A stretch of 43,689 nucleotides of DNA from positions 1 to 43,689 of the forward strand of contig ADNK01001432.1 of the NCBI GenBank assembly GCA_000320545.1, written 5' to 3'. The notes beneath the pieces were generated by a model. The model had not been told where the DNA came from and ran no database searches. It saw only the letters and a program-made list of their open reading frames with translations. The translations under genes were made by a program, and so were the position numbers. Positions 25,615-43,614 of the stretch are shown here, piece by piece; within the stretch, counting starts at the first letter, position 1, and each line of letters opens with the position of its first letter. Origin of the DNA: Bigelowiella natans CCMP2755 (taxonomy: Eukaryota > Protista > Cercozoa).

Positions 25615-27067
25615 TCAATGGCCGTGTCTCCCAGTTACATTTCGGCATCGCCATGGTCCTCCAAAGTTCCATACCACAAGGCTATTAAATAGAATCAGAC
25701 AGATTGCCGAGCCGGTGATGATAATGTTGAATCTTCCTTCAGCAAATTCTTTGTCTCTATTCTCGCTTGCTTTTGCACCACTCCCTGATAATGTAATGGC
25801 ATTTATAGCTGAGAAAGCCGGAGCTATAATTCCACAGATTGTCCAGACAACAAACACTATCCGCGTCTTCCTCATTGCGGACTCAAACTTTCTCAACTCA
25901 CGCGACCGAGCGATCTGATAATGTGACTTTGAGACAGCTGCTTTCGGATTCGAACCACGTTTCGTTGGTGCAGATGTACTAGTAGTTGTGTTTCCACTTC
26001 TTTGCCCCGAGTACATGGTGGTGTTACTGCTCCTCGTCATTTTCTTTCCCATCGAAGAACTAGACTTTGGACTACCTGGTGGCAACTGCTGCTGTTGCTG
26101 ATAGCGATTTTTCTCATCCTTGTTCGTCGCGCACATTGGCACATTCCAACTATCTCCCGTCCCATATCTTGATCCAGCTGTGGGAGATATCGGATTATCA
26201 GTACAAGGAGGTGAAGTAACGACTGCTACTGCTGCTTTTGCCAATACTGAGTCATCTTGGGCGTCGAATGATGTCTGGTAGTCGCTTAGCGGTCCCCCAG
26301 TCTCCATTGAATATCCATAGAAGTGAGCACGGAGGGTATGCAGGTGGTCGGCTATTTTGTAGTATAGGGCCAAGATGACGTACATCATGTATGGAGTGAA
26401 CCAGAGGTGTAGAAGGCAGATCGTAGGGAACAGGATGTAGCCGTTCCATCGTATCTCGTCCGTCACCAGAACAGCTGATGTCCGGGGAAAAAAAGAACAA
26501 ATCTTACCATCGCTGGATAGGACAGTTTCTTGGCATAGTATTGCTCTACCTATGGTGGAAGGAACGAATGCAATCAGTACAAGTACGATAGCAACTGTGA
26601 AGGCCAGGTCGATGTGCTTCGGGGTGCGTGCAACCAGGTTTATTGCGAGGTAAAGCGACTCAGCAATGGACCTGACGTACAGCAGGGCTGTACACTACAA
26701 AATGCACTGTCCACAACAGTACCAAAAGGTTCAGTGTTTTTGAAGTCACATTGCTGCTGCTTTGTGCAGTGTACCCCCATTGCAGCGAAGAATGCGTTCC
26801 ACACCCGCCATGGTAGTGAGAAGTAGCCTCGAGGAAATCCCTGCATCACGACGATGAAGGTCGTGGACAGAAGAATAGATAACCTGGATGCCATCATAAC
26901 CAGTAATCTCACGAATGTACAATCGTTAGACAGGTAGTCAACCAAAGAAAGATGTTCTTCTTTCTCACTGGGCCCTTCGAACGGAGTGATGAAGCTGCGT
27001 AGAGCAGCTGGATCAGCGCGACGGCCGAAACCGATAAATCGAAGATAGTTGTGGCCTCAGGCAACAT
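25615..27067 (-). CDS. Orphan 7TM protein, paralog 2; 4 exons
   Basis: MLPEATTIFDLSVSAVALIQLLY.., MQGFPRGYFSLPWRVW, EIRWNGYILFP..HLWFTPYMMYVILAL, FNSLVVWNFGGPWRC. Same three intron positions as paralog 1. Confidence 0.8.
25829..26466. repeat. 638-bp direct repeat, copy A (copy B at 32374-33011)
   Basis: Gap-free alignment at offset 6545; about 8 mismatches counted by eye. Confidence 0.9.
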
Positions 27068-27525
27068 TTTTTCGAGCAAAGCTCCGCTGCTTTAAACTGC
27101 CGCTTGGAAATCAGAGCGTGCAAACGGCAAAAAATTCAAAGGCTGCGTTCTGTTCCGCGAAGAAGGAAGTAATATTCAGCCCAGTTTTTCTTTTAAACCC
27201 TAGTCTCGGTCGCAGAACGGGCGTATTCACCCCTGACTACGGTGCTGAGCACGTTTGAGGAGAAACATGATCTAAACTGAGCCAACATGATGCACCGAGC
27301 TGCTGCGCTTGCGTAGTGCTCGATTGGGGTATCTGTGATCTTGGACTGCTAGTCGGCGGAAATTCACTTCGTTTGCATATCTCAAACCAGATCAAAATAT
27401 ATCGGGAAGACATCCATATCACTCTTATCGTCCAGGAATAATTGAAATATCATGTCGCAGGCACAAAACATAGGGCACTTTCCTAGTTTCCCCCCATTCC
27501 ACTACTCCCGATCCGCCCCCCCTCC

Positions 27526-31505
<3,980 letters not shown>

Positions 31506-32174
31506 AGGGGCAGTTGTGCAATCGAAAATAAAAAATTGTAAATGAATTGTTTTTGCTGCGTCTCCGTACCTCGTCTCAAGGACTAATCAATAGAAGAAAC
31601 GTGATGCATTCACTGCGCAAGAGAGGTGTATACGCGAACATTTATTATATGCATCGGGCGGTAGCCCGCGGCTCGTGTACGATTTAATATATCAGATAGT
31701 TGTAGATACCAAAGACTTCTTTTCTGTTGCAATGACAAGAAGGGTTATATTCACCAAATTTGATGTTGAAAGCATTGGCGCAATATGCCTGCTGCTCTAT
31801 ACTTTCTTGCTTTCTTGGAACAGCATTGCCGAGACATTCTGAGTCTTATATCACATAGACAATAGATCAAACCACGGCCTGCAGCGCTTGTGTGATCGAA
31901 TAACTTTCGCCTGCTCGCTACTGTGCTGCATGACTCGCAAGAGTCAGCGCACTACCACATCGTTATAGAAAATGCATCTGGGTGCCTGCAAGTGCCGACT
32001 CAAACATAAGCTTGTTAATGGTGTTAATCAGCAAGTGCAGCACGGCGTGCTCTAGCGACGATGCTATTGCCTTGAGGAGCACATCTAGACATGCAGCCAT
32101 GTTACAGAACCCTCTATTCGCTACGCACTGTGATATATAGCAAACAGGAAGAGCCTTGGAAATTCCTTTGAAAC

Positions 32175-33710
32175 CTAGTTTCTAGAATAACATCGCCATG
32201 GACCACCAAAACTCCATACAATTAAACTGTTGAAGAGGACTAGGCAGAGTGTCGAGATGGTGGCCAGAAGATTGAAACTTCCCTCTGCAAATTGCCTGTC
32301 GCGCCTTTCACTAGCGCTTGCATCACTCCGCGACAAATTAACCGCTGTAATTAAGGAGAAGACTGGCGCTATGATTCCACAGATTGTCCAGACAACAAAC
32401 ACTATCCGCGTCTTCCTCATTGCGGACTCAAACTTTCTCAACTCACGCGACCGAGCGATCTGATAATGTGACTTTGAGACAGCTGCTTTCGGATTCGAAC
32501 CACGTTTCGTTGGCGCAGATGTACTAGTAGTTGTGTTTCCACTTCTTTGCCCCGAGTGCATGGTGGTGTTACTGCTCCTCGTCATTTTCTTTCCCATCGA
32601 AGAACTAGACTTTGGACTACCTGGTGGCAACTGCTGCTGTTGCTGATAGCGATTTTTCTCATCCTTGTTCGTCGCGCACATTGGCACATTCCAACTATCT
32701 CCCGTCCCATATCTTGATCCAGCTGTGGGAGATATCGGATTATCAGTACAAGGAGGTGAAGTAACGACTGCTACTACTGCTTTTGCCAATACTGAGTCAT
32801 CTTGGGCGTCGAATGATGTCTGGTAGTCGCTTAGCGGTCCCCCAGTCTCCATTGAATATCCATAGAAGTGAGCACGGAGGGTATGCAGGTGATCGGCTAT
32901 TTTGTAGTAGAGGGCCAAGATGACGTACATCATGTATGGAGTGAACCAGAGGTGTAGAAGGCAGATCGTAGGGAACAGGATGTAGCCGTTCCATTGTATC
33001 TCGTTTGTCACAAGAACCGCTATATGTTTAACAACAGAAGTTGAGTTTCAAATATCCATTTGAAAGGCACTTTTCGCAGGGAAAGGGATAATGGCATTAT
33101 GAGAACATAATGCATGCATTTCTCGATCGTTTCGTGTTGTCTAAACTCACCTATGGTGGAGGATACCAGCGAAGCAATTACTAGAAATAGCGCCAGCTTG
33201 AAGGCCAGATCTATGCGGACCGGCATGGTAATGTTCCAGTTCATGGACACATATAGCGACTCTGCAATCGATCTAATATAGATTAAGGCCGTGCAGTATA
33301 GCGCACTCTTGGCACATAATCGGGTATATGTTTAAGGCGAGGACGTTAAGATGATGATACCAAAATGTCTCATATTGAGTTCGGTTGCATTTCATTTTCT
33401 CACCCCCATTGCAGCAAAGAACACTGTCCATACCCGCCATGGTAACGAGAAATATCCTCGGGGATATCCTTGCACGACGAGGATGAATGTAGCCGACATG
33501 AGGATTGACAGCCTAATTCACAACGCAATACGTTTACTTCCAGTATAAGCGACATAAACTGTAAAGGATTGAGCTTTTTGACCATAGAAAGATGTTTCTT
33601 CTCGGATTTCTCCCTCCCTTGGATCGAATCGCAACCGCTGCGAGGAGAAGCTGAATCAGAGCCAAGGCCGACACTCCCAAGTCGAAGATCGTCGTGCCTG
33701 CGGGCACCAT
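32175..33710 (-). CDS. Orphan 7TM protein, paralog 3; 4 exons
   Basis: MVPAGTTIFDLGVSALALIQLLL.., VQGYPRGYFSLPWRVW, EIQWNGYILFP.., FNSLIVWSFGGPWRC. Same intron positions as paralogs 1 and 2. Confidence 0.8.
32374..33011. repeat. 638-bp direct repeat, copy B
   Basis: Near-identical to 25829-26466. Confidence 0.9.
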
Positions 33711-34314
33711 CCTGCCTCTGATTTATGTACGAGTATGGTCTTGAAGCACACTACTCAATTGCTTCGAGAGTGTCGCGGGAGACGCATTCTTGCCGCTGCT
33801 GCAGGCCATTTTGTCTTGAAATGGGGTCTGCGTACCCTCCAAAAAATAGCCGCGTGGCTCGAGACGTAGATCTAGATCTAGATCTACATGTACTCTACAA
33901 ACGTGACTCGGAATCTGAGCGGTGCACCAACTTTCTCTTCTCCGAGGAGCGCGCTTGCCTTTGGTTTATTACCCTTTGTGAGAAATGATACGATGTCGCA
34001 CCCCAGGCGTCGAAGCCAATTCTCGGGAATTCTCGTAGATCTACCAGAATGTGAAAAGTTGAGAGAAGCTCAACGGGTATATATTTCGTGCTACAGAGAC
34101 TATCCCTTGTCTTTATATATAAAGCGCTTGTATTTATATTATGTTTTTAGGGGATAAATACGATGGAATTTGGTCGTGCGACATCACACCAGTGCTTCCT
34201 TTTCTACCTGAAGCAGCCAAGCCGACGCTCCCGGCCCGAGCAGATCTGACTCAGCCCTTGAAAGATACAACTCTGCACGAGTGCGAGGAGGCACGGGATC
34301 TAATCTTAGTTGAG

Positions 34315-36642
34315 ATGTTACCGATTTGGGGTCCTCGCATCTCCTTGATAAGCGTCAATGCTCTTGCTATTCTTCTTTTCATCGTCTCAATCCTTCCCAT
34401 CGCGCGGTCTGTGAAGCCGTCATGTAAGGTGGCGGATGGATGGTGCACGCATAAAGGGGCTGTCTTCAGAGTGAGGTGATAAGCGTATATAAGCGTATGG
34501 AAGATCTGCCTATAACTCTCTAATCTGTATTTTGGTAGCGCCTAAAACCACAAATACACATAATACCCGCAGAGACTGCGATGGAGATGGCATCCCGGAC
34601 CCAACGTGCGAAGATGATCAAGGCCATTTTGGTGTGATACAAAGCTCAAACGGCTGCAAGGATAGCTGGCCAAACGGCGAATGCACCCCTGCATTAGGAA
34701 AACAGGAGAAGAAAAACCGTAAATTTATGCGTCTGGTCATCACAGAGCCCGCAGCCGAGTACTGGGACAGCGAATTCGCTCAGCAGCCAAAAGCAGAAGA
34801 AGCAGCAGCAGCAACAGCAGTCCAGAGTGATGATAAAGATTCACGGGTCGATACGGAATTGAACATCCTGCATAAAAAGAGGCTTTTAAGTGACGCAGTC
34901 CGCCATTTCCGGCCGGTCATGCAAAGTGTAAAGAAGGCGCAGAAACGTATCCGTGAGAGAGCTCGGGAGATCGCGCGAAAAAAGAAAGAAAAGAAGAGAC
35001 GGAAGATGCAGAGGAAGAAGGATGCTGCGACACGACGAAAGCAAGCAGAAAAAAGGAATAAGAAGAAAAAGCGCAAGAATCAACGCAGTCGCGACCGAAG
35101 GGACGAACAGGTGCCTAGCTGCACACATGCATCATGGGGATGGTTTTTTGTTTACGCACACCCTTGTTGTTATAAATGGTTGTCTGTCACTAGAAGGGAA
35201 GACATGTCAGTCCATAGTCGTTGTCGGTAATCGTGGAAGCATCTTTGATCAGTTCCCATGCACATTTAGGTGGGAGGAGATGAAGGAGAGCACCAAAGCG
35301 AAAACAATCAGGCAAGCACTGAGGAGGACGGGGAGGATGGGGAACCGGCCTGCGAAGAAGACAGCAGGGGATGCAACGAAGATAAGCAGGAGGGGGAGGG
35401 AGAAGAAATAGAGGGAGAGGTAAATGAGTCAAGAAATGCCCTAGAAATAACAGTTCTATGCTTACATGCATGTTTTGTTGGTTTGTACAACACTAAGGGA
35501 GCAAAAGAGCAACGCGAAGACGAGGAGGGATGGGAGGGAGAGGAAGGGGATATTGACGAGGAAGATGAAGAGGAGGAGGAGGAAGAAGAAGAAGAAGATG
35601 ATGATGAAGAAGAAGAAGACAACATCGCTAAAGAAGAAATACATCTCGACAATGACGATGATGATGATGACAGCCCTCATGAGAATATAAGTGATGGCGG
35701 TGGCTGTGCGGCAACGAGTGAAAATAATAATCAATGGTACGACATCGAAAGCGAACTAGATACGGCACGCTCTTGGTTCTGCCATGATGCAGGCATGGAG
35801 GGCCTGCATAATTTCTACTATCAGCTTCTGCTGCGATTGAAGGTTTTCTTGCACATCACACTAAGCTTTCAACACCAAGATCACCATAAGTTTATCATGC
35901 TATCATATCATTATCTGTGTCGTCTATGACTCCCCGCCGTCCCATCAGAGATTCTCGTCCTACTTGTTTTGGCCAGGGCCTGTTGGGCGACTGCAAGGAT
36001 GGATTAGGAGTCTGGAAGTACCCCGACTTTCCTATCGAAATGGAGTCTGTGGTGAAGCGCGTTTATCAGGCCACTCGCTCCTGCATTGGGTGCGCTATGG
36101 ATTCTCATCCCGACGATCTCCCTGAGCTCCAGAAGGTGCGGAGTTGCCTCAAACCGCTTCTCGAACTAGAAGATGAGCGGATGCGAAAGCCAAAGACCTT
36201 CATCTCCATGCTTGAAGAGGTAGAGGAGACAACAGTAGTAGTAGTAAATATTCCATTTATGCGCCAAAGCATACCAGCTGGTTCCGCTGTAATTCACGCG
36301 GCTGAAAGCTTTCCACCCCCCCCCTTGTCTTGGAATGCATACCTAAGATGTACTCGTTGCACATGAATATCGAAGCTGTCAACTAAGGATGTAGACGAAT
36401 TCACCTTTTGATTACGCTCACAGTGGCAGGACCATTGGTTGCTCAAACTCGTGCTTTCAGTGGCGTCCGCCATAGGCCTTTGGCCGGCCATCGAACGACT
36501 ACTGAGAAGATCATTCAACAAGGCAATGAACATTGACGAAGATGATAACCAAGGAGGTGAAGAAGAGGGGAAATCTCTTCATCAAGACGAGAAGAAAGGA
36601 AATGAATGTGAGAGTAAAGGTTCCATCGCTGATTCACAATGA
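34315..36642 (+). CDS. Predicted secretory/membrane protein with Cys-rich DCDGDG module, basic and acidic tracts and a C-terminal TM; multi-exon; start could be upstream (~33993)
   Basis: Hydrophobic leader MLPIWGPRISLISVNALAILLFIVSILPIARS; CKVADGWCTHKG../DCDGDGIPDPTCEDDQGHFGVIQSSNGCKDSWPNGEC; K/R-rich coil; E/D-rich tract; TM WLLKLVLSVASAIGLWPAI; stop at 36642. Confidence 0.6.
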
Positions 36643-37606
36643 TAATAATGATAAAGCATGAAATTCCAACCGAAGAAAGGCTGAGTAGTGCTATAACAGC
36701 TAGAGCTGGCTTTGCATGTTATTATGTACGGAAACATCAATCGACAAAAAATAAAAAAAGACCGATTGCTGCGATAGCGCCTCTACTGCATACTGCGCTA
36801 AGTTGTCGTTGCAAAAATCGATCAGCTACAGCTAAACTATGTGTCAGGTGTATGAACTATATCCATGACAGCCCGATCATGCGTGTTCGATTCCGCACAT
36901 TTTTGGCCATGTTTGTATATGGACAATATAAAAATACATCGCACAGTACGTGCTTCGCAACCCATTGCATGTGGGATGCACGACTCCACGAGCATGTTAT
37001 AATGATAGTGCACACATAGCTCCTTATATGCATGTACGCACTGTATGCTAAGCACTATCACTCATGATTTATATACATGCGCATGATATGTGTGATTTGC
37101 GAGTTCGTGAAGGGCAGCACCGTGATGTCTAGATGTGCTGCGCGATGCCGGTAGCAAGAGGACATGGATGTGGGATTGTGCCAATGTAGTATATGTTAAC
37201 ATGTGCGCGCGAAATAAGCTAGCGTGCAGCTCTAGAGCTCGTAATCCAGTAATTTTAAGCTATGACCAGTCGACATTTATTGCTCCTATATATCCGATGT
37301 GTCCATGCACAATATGCAATGTTATGCATCTGTACTCATATTGCCAGCAGTGCGCTACGTACGGGCTACGGACCACTTTGATTCACTCATTATCATGCAC
37401 ACCTGTGAATATCATGGCTTGCATGTATCGTATTGAAATGCGAATGCTTGACTGTTCTGTGCATGTATATGAGCATTGCTAGATTGTGCTGCTGTCACAG
37501 CTACCATCTGACGACAACAACACGCGCCCTTATGCACATATGTAGCATTTGTACCGCACTAACTCCACCCCAATTACCCTTTGATCTTCCTCGTCTTAGT
37601 CATCGA

Positions 37607-38171
37607 TCATTGGCTTTCGAATGACATATATAGATTTAATCTGGCTGCGTGCTCCGGAGGTACCTTGAAGAGCTTCATATGCTCATAATACCTGCACAAT
37701 CATCACCATAACCATTACTCCTCTTCACATTACAATGGCTGTCATTCGACCACCACTATAATCATCATCATCATCATCATCTTCTTCTTATTCTTCTTTT
37801 CCCTCTTCTTTTGTTTCATCCTCCCTGCTCTCACCCAGAGATGATGCGATAAATGGCTGTGTCCAACTGAGTCCCGAGGTAAATCCACTGACAACAACAA
37901 CAACAAACGGACGACGAACGACCAACGCGAAAACATCAGGATAACGAGGATGTCTAAATCTCATCATCATCGTCGTCATCATCATCACTCCCCTCCCCCC
38001 CCCCCCCCATTCGCAGCGGAACATGAACCTGAGATCTTGCAAGCTGATGTCCATGGAGCGCAGCAACCTTTTCCTTCGACCCGACAAACACCTCGGGCTT
38101 CTTCGACTACAAAACGACGTACCGACAACATTGAAGAATGAAGCCAAGTCATTGAGAGAGACATGATGATG

Positions 38172-38204
<33 letters not shown>

Positions 38205-38824
38205 CCGTGCATATGTGTATGGACGGATGGTGTTGGTGTTGTTGGTGGTGTCGTTGTTGTTTCGCGCCCTGTGCTGTGATCGAAATGATGTAAGTCACCG
38301 TGCATGTGATGTAGAATACATGTTTACATGTATTTATATCTCATTATATATGTATACTTGGACGTAATCTTGGAGCGCGATGGAGAGCGCGAGCATCGCG
38401 TTGAGGATATCCGGCAGCGTCCTTATAACCTCTCCGTATTCATCCTCTTTATTTTCCAACGCATTCACAGCCAAGGATGCCCCGGACTGCCATCAAGGGG
38501 GAGGGGGAGAGAGGAATATTATGTTCAAGATGTGACCACAATCTCCCTCGATACCATCATCATCATCATCACCATAACCACTATCATCACCATTATCATC
38601 ATCATCGTCGTCATCATCGCCGTAGCAAGTACTGCTGCTGCTGCTGCTACTACTACAACAACAACTGCAAAAAGGAAGGGTTACATACATGGGCCGCCCA
38701 GACGCAAAGCTGCACGTTCTGTGCTACCGCATTGGCGGTCCGATCACGGCTGATGAGTGGTATGATGATTATGATGATGATGATGAGGAGGAGGAGGATA
38801 ATCACATATATAATAAGAATGACG

Positions 38825-38864
<40 letters not shown>

Positions 38865-39211
38865 AATGAAAGCTGCCTAGAATTACAGAGCCGCCCCCCC
38901 CCCCCACTCCCTCCCTTCCCATCAGTTAGGATGGTGTGCCCCCCAATGCGGGTCTCGGACGCCTCATGTAGTAAAGAAGCGCCCATGTTGATAGGGGGGG
39001 GCAGGTTATTCCTCTTCGCGCAAAGCTCATGGAAGTGACCGATGGGGAAAACGCGGCCAACTCCGTGGTTATAGCGCGTACAAATACAACATATTTTAGC
39101 ATATGACATGCTTTACGTAGACAGAGAGACGACGGGGAACAACGACGATCAAAGGGGGGGGAGGGAATTGCGTGACGCGATGATCCCACTGCAAATACTA
39201 CTACAACTTGC

Positions 39212-39244
<33 letters not shown>

Positions 39245-39778
39245 GGCTGCTGCTGCTTCTGTATAGCACTCTGCAAGTACTGCTATTAGTAGTAAAGAAC
39301 CTGATGATGAAAAGCCTGCTCATGATGCCGCCATAATGGGGCCGACGTAATTGCTGCAGATCGCACAGGTCCGTTGCCATCTTTACAATCAAGGACAACT
39401 ACTCAGTGGTGGTGGTGGTGGTGGAGGATAGATAATGATGATGATGATGGATGATGATATCTAGAAAACGCAAGAATTGTTGATTCCTTCACTGTTTTCT
39501 TTTCAAATTTCTTCATTGTTATCGGCAACCAGCACCTATGCTAGCAAATCTCTACTTTGGCGTGGAGAGAGAAAACACCATTTTCATCATCAACATCAAC
39601 ATCATCGTCGTCGTCGTTTTCTTCGTTGTTCGTCTGCTTACTGGTACGCAGCGATTGATCATGCATGCTACGACTTATCACCTTCTCCAGCGTGGTGATT
39701 ATAGCTTTCGAGATGTACCGCCAGGCTGATGCTTGTTTCTGTCGTTGTTGGTTGTTGTTGTTGTTCTTCTTCTTCTTA

Positions 39779-39812
<34 letters not shown>

Positions 39813-40265
39813 CGCAATACATAATCTGCTACAAACTACTGCTGGTGGTGCTACTGGTACTTCTGGTACTACAACTTCTCACCCTCATCACGAAGAGCTT
39901 CCTCCTCTCCCAGGGCATGTACATGGAAATGGAATCCAGGTACAGAAATCCCATGTGCTGTGTGTACGCATTAGCTTCGTCTAAGGAGGAAGAAGGGAAG
40001 GGGGGGGGGGGGGGGAGGAGAGGCGGAGGCAGAGGCAGAGGTGGGAGGATTGTAATTGTGTGTGTGTGTATGTGTGTGTGAATGAGGACGTGAAGAGAAG
40101 GATGCATGTATGTTTGCGCGCGTAGTTAATCAGGATGTGCTGCTGCTGCTGCTGGGGTAATGTGCCAACCAACCTGAAATGGCGACTAGTAAATCCTGTG
40201 TCTTCATAGTCACTTGCGAGGTCATTATCACCCAAACCATCGACCTCTGCAGTGTGTTTGGAAAC

Positions 40266-40299
<34 letters not shown>

Positions 40300-41342
40300 C
40301 TTTAATAATAACATGGTTGTACAGCAGCTTAGCTTCTTCATCGGAAAACAGTCAGTATTCACTAGCATAAGCACACGACAGAACAATTTCTCGCCACAAC
40401 AATCTCCAATCATCCTCATCATCATCATCATCATTATCATCTTCTCCACATAAAGGATGGTTCACAGGGCCTATGCACACATTCATTCATACATACTTAC
40501 ATACATACATGCAAACAAACAAGGAGAGAGAAACCGAGAGAAACACCTCGGAGCAGCAACTAAAATACTAAATGAACTCTCCTCTCCTCCATCTTCCACA
40601 CGATCGACGGATAGATAGATGCCCCCTCCAACCCCACTCCCCCCCCCCCTGCTGAAATGACTAAATTACTACAACTCTAACTACAACTCTAACTACTACC
40701 CCGAGCTCCCATCCGGACACGATGACGAAAGAGGCACAGAACAGCGTATACAAAGATTTGGAAGAGGGTCCTGAAGTCTCCCACTCGAAGCTGCTGTAGC
40801 CGCCTTCTACTCCTCCTGTCGCACCACCACCACCACCACTACTACTAGTGCTGCTGCCTAAGAACTAAAGAGAGCAGTACAAACCATCAATCAAACAATC
40901 AATCAACGAGATGATAATGATGATGATGATGATGATGATGATGATGGTTTGCTACTACTGCAAAGTAGTTACTACTACTAATACTACTACAGCTGCTGCT
41001 GCTGCTACTACTACGACGCTCATGGCGTTTATGTGATAAGGAACATATGCATATGCTAGATAGGAAGGAAGGAAGGATCATCCTCTCATCCTTGTCATCG
41101 TCCTTAGTCGTAGATGATGCTTCATGCTAGCAATTTATGATTCGCGGGGGGGGGGGAGAAAAAGTGTGTGGTTGCAACAACTCTAAACAGCACCTCCAGT
41201 TCAAACAGAAGGATTATCACCACCACCACCACCACCACCACCACCACCACCAGCAGCAGCGGAGGCAATACTTACCAAGGAATCAAGCCAAAAGCTTCGG
41301 GCCAGATGCGTGAGCCATCGAACCCATGCTCTGAGAGAGGGC

Positions 41343-41379
<37 letters not shown>

Positions 41380-41544
41380 TTGCGTCCTCACATGCAGGTG
41401 TATATGAAGAAAGGGAAGAAGATAATGCTAAAAAATGAGTTAAAACTAATCCTATCAACGAAAGCTATGCATAACCATTCTATACTTTATCGCTGCAGTA
41501 GTGGTACTACGACTACTAGTAGTAGCGTCGCCGCGAGAAAGTAT

Positions 41545-41575
<31 letters not shown>

Positions 41576-41663
41576 CTCTCTATGTATTTGATATCCCAGC
41601 AGTAGCAGCAGCACCAACACCACCACCACTGCCGCCGCAATCAAGGTCTTGTTCTCCTTGCAG

Positions 41664-41697
<34 letters not shown>

Positions 41698-42379
41698 CAA
41701 TAGTAGCTTGTATCCCTCCTCCCATCCTCTCCCCCCCTCCCTCCTCCCCCAAGAAGCATGAGATTGTACCTAGGCCCTATGAGCGCGCACGCGATTGACC
41801 ACGCCACCGTGAAACAGCACGATATTGCCAGACCTCGGCACAGGCACCTGGTAAGTATGCATGCATGCAGGCATCATCAAGGCAGTAGTAGAGGTAAGGA
41901 GAGGAGTATTCGAACCACCACAACAACAACAACAGTTGAGTGATTATGTAGTGTACAAGAATGCGAGCATGTAGAAGAAGAAGAAGATGTAGCAGGAGTA
42001 GTATTTGGTGGTGGTGACTTTGGCATAATCCCCTTGATCTGGAGGCCTCTTCGACGCTGTAGCGAAGGAAACTAACGACGAGTAAACAGAGGGAATGGTG
42101 GGTGACGATGATGATGATGATGATGATGACGATGATGATGACAATGGCAGAGATGATGGTAGTGATCCGTTATGGCAATATGACGAAATCACGAGAAAGG
42201 GGGAGAAGGATGGAGGAGAAGAATACCGCAGTAGTAGTGTTCTAAATACATCGAGACTGATGTGAGAGAATGAGAGAAGAAAGACGGTAAAAAAGGCAGT
42301 AGTGTCGAATTGATTTTATACTTGCTTATTATCAACACGTGGTGCCAGGGGAATACATCATACATTGAATGACTATATA

Positions 42380-42420
<41 letters not shown>

Positions 42421-42553
42421 ACCTTGGACACACGTTCTTGAATCAAAATGATATACATTGCGTAGCAGAGCGACAGCACCAGCACGCCCGACCACAAAAT
42501 CAACTCCTGCTCTCTGAAAGAGTAACAAATTATAAGAATTCGCAGCGCAGAAG

Positions 42554-42598
<45 letters not shown>

Positions 42599-42648
42599 CA
42601 GAAGCATGGGACAAAGGGCGAAGGAAGAAGTGGAAAATTTGCTGCTGC

Positions 42649-42689
<41 letters not shown>

Positions 42690-43614
42690 TCCTAAATATC
42701 AGCTATCTGTTTGTTTGCTCGTAATGATAATGATGAATTCCGACGGTAACAAAAACAATACATGACCCTCTAATGGTCCTCCCATGCATGCAAAAACTCA
42801 CTTGAAGCTTCGAACGGCAGCATCGCCATTGGCGCTTCCTCCTTGAGCAGCCGCTGCTCCTATTCTACTATCATATCCGTCGTCAGGCACCCAGTAGTCT
42901 CCATGCACGCCTTCGCACAGTCTCACGAAGGACCAAATGCCGATGCTGGCTGACGTCACGACGCCGGAGATGAAGACGTAAGTGCGCGGCATGATCGTCC
43001 ACGCGAACAATGCGTCGAAGCTCGAAATTGCCTGCTGACGGACGCTGAAGTAGACGGCGTGGCAGCCGGAGACGATGAGCTGGGAGATCTGGTGATGCGA
43101 ATTGTTGTTGTTGTTAATTGTTGTTAATTGTTGTTGTTGTTGTTTTTGTTGTTTTTGTTGTTGTCGTCGTTGTTGTAGTAGCAGTAGCAGTAGCAGTGGT
43201 AGATAGATGATGAGAACTAAGAAGATAGTTGATGGTGAGATGTAAAACACGTCGAGGATACATAATTTATATACATAATTTGCATTGCGTGTGGGGAGAT
43301 CACCACGAAGAAGAGAAATAGCCGCAGTTGCCGCAATGTCGGGGTAAGCGTGATCCATTCGAGGTAAAATATCGCCGAGACAAAGTCGTACAGTGACGAG
43401 ATGTGCATAAACGATACGAGTAGCGAAAGCGACATCAAAAACGCTATCGATATCTTCACCTGATAACGAGAGGAGGAGGAGGAGGAGGAGGAGGAAGGAG
43501 GAAGGAGGAGGAAGAGTAGAAGTCAGAACCGGTGGGTGTTGAGAGGAGATCTATCGGTTGTTTATGTACGTATACGGCGAAGGAGTTCAGGCGTCTTTCT
43601 TCTTCATAATTCAG
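37607..43614 (-). CDS. NDC1: Transmembrane nucleoporin NDC1 (TMEM48) homolog; many small exons; 5' end probably at or beyond the window edge
   Basis: N-terminal multi-TM exons, then NDC1 C-domain motifs in order: YTQHMGFLYLDSISMYMPWERRKLF..AWRYISKAII; QNVQLCVWA; ENKEDEYGEVIRTLPDILNAMLAL..LQDY; QLDTAIYRIISG; YYEHMKLFKVPPEHAARLNLYMSFESQ*. Compare the animal NDC1 motifs EDRFGVVQ..LP.IL, KTAIYRI and EH..RL..F..F. Confidence 0.85.
37760..43520. repeat. Dense field of intronic simple repeats (GAT/CAT, CAA/TTG, TAG, CAC, CA, TA, G/C runs) within NDC1
   Basis: Nearly every intron contains one or more tracts. Confidence 0.9.

Noticed and set aside
26475-26507. Possible 33-nt mini-intron in 7TM paralog 2
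   Set aside because: Comparison with paralogs places the donor further upstream (~26548), giving a normal intron of about 74 nt.
35800-36000. Resemblance of YYQLLLRLK/GLLGDC to the acyl-CoA-binding protein motif
   Set aside because: Too short, and the other ACBP residues are missing.
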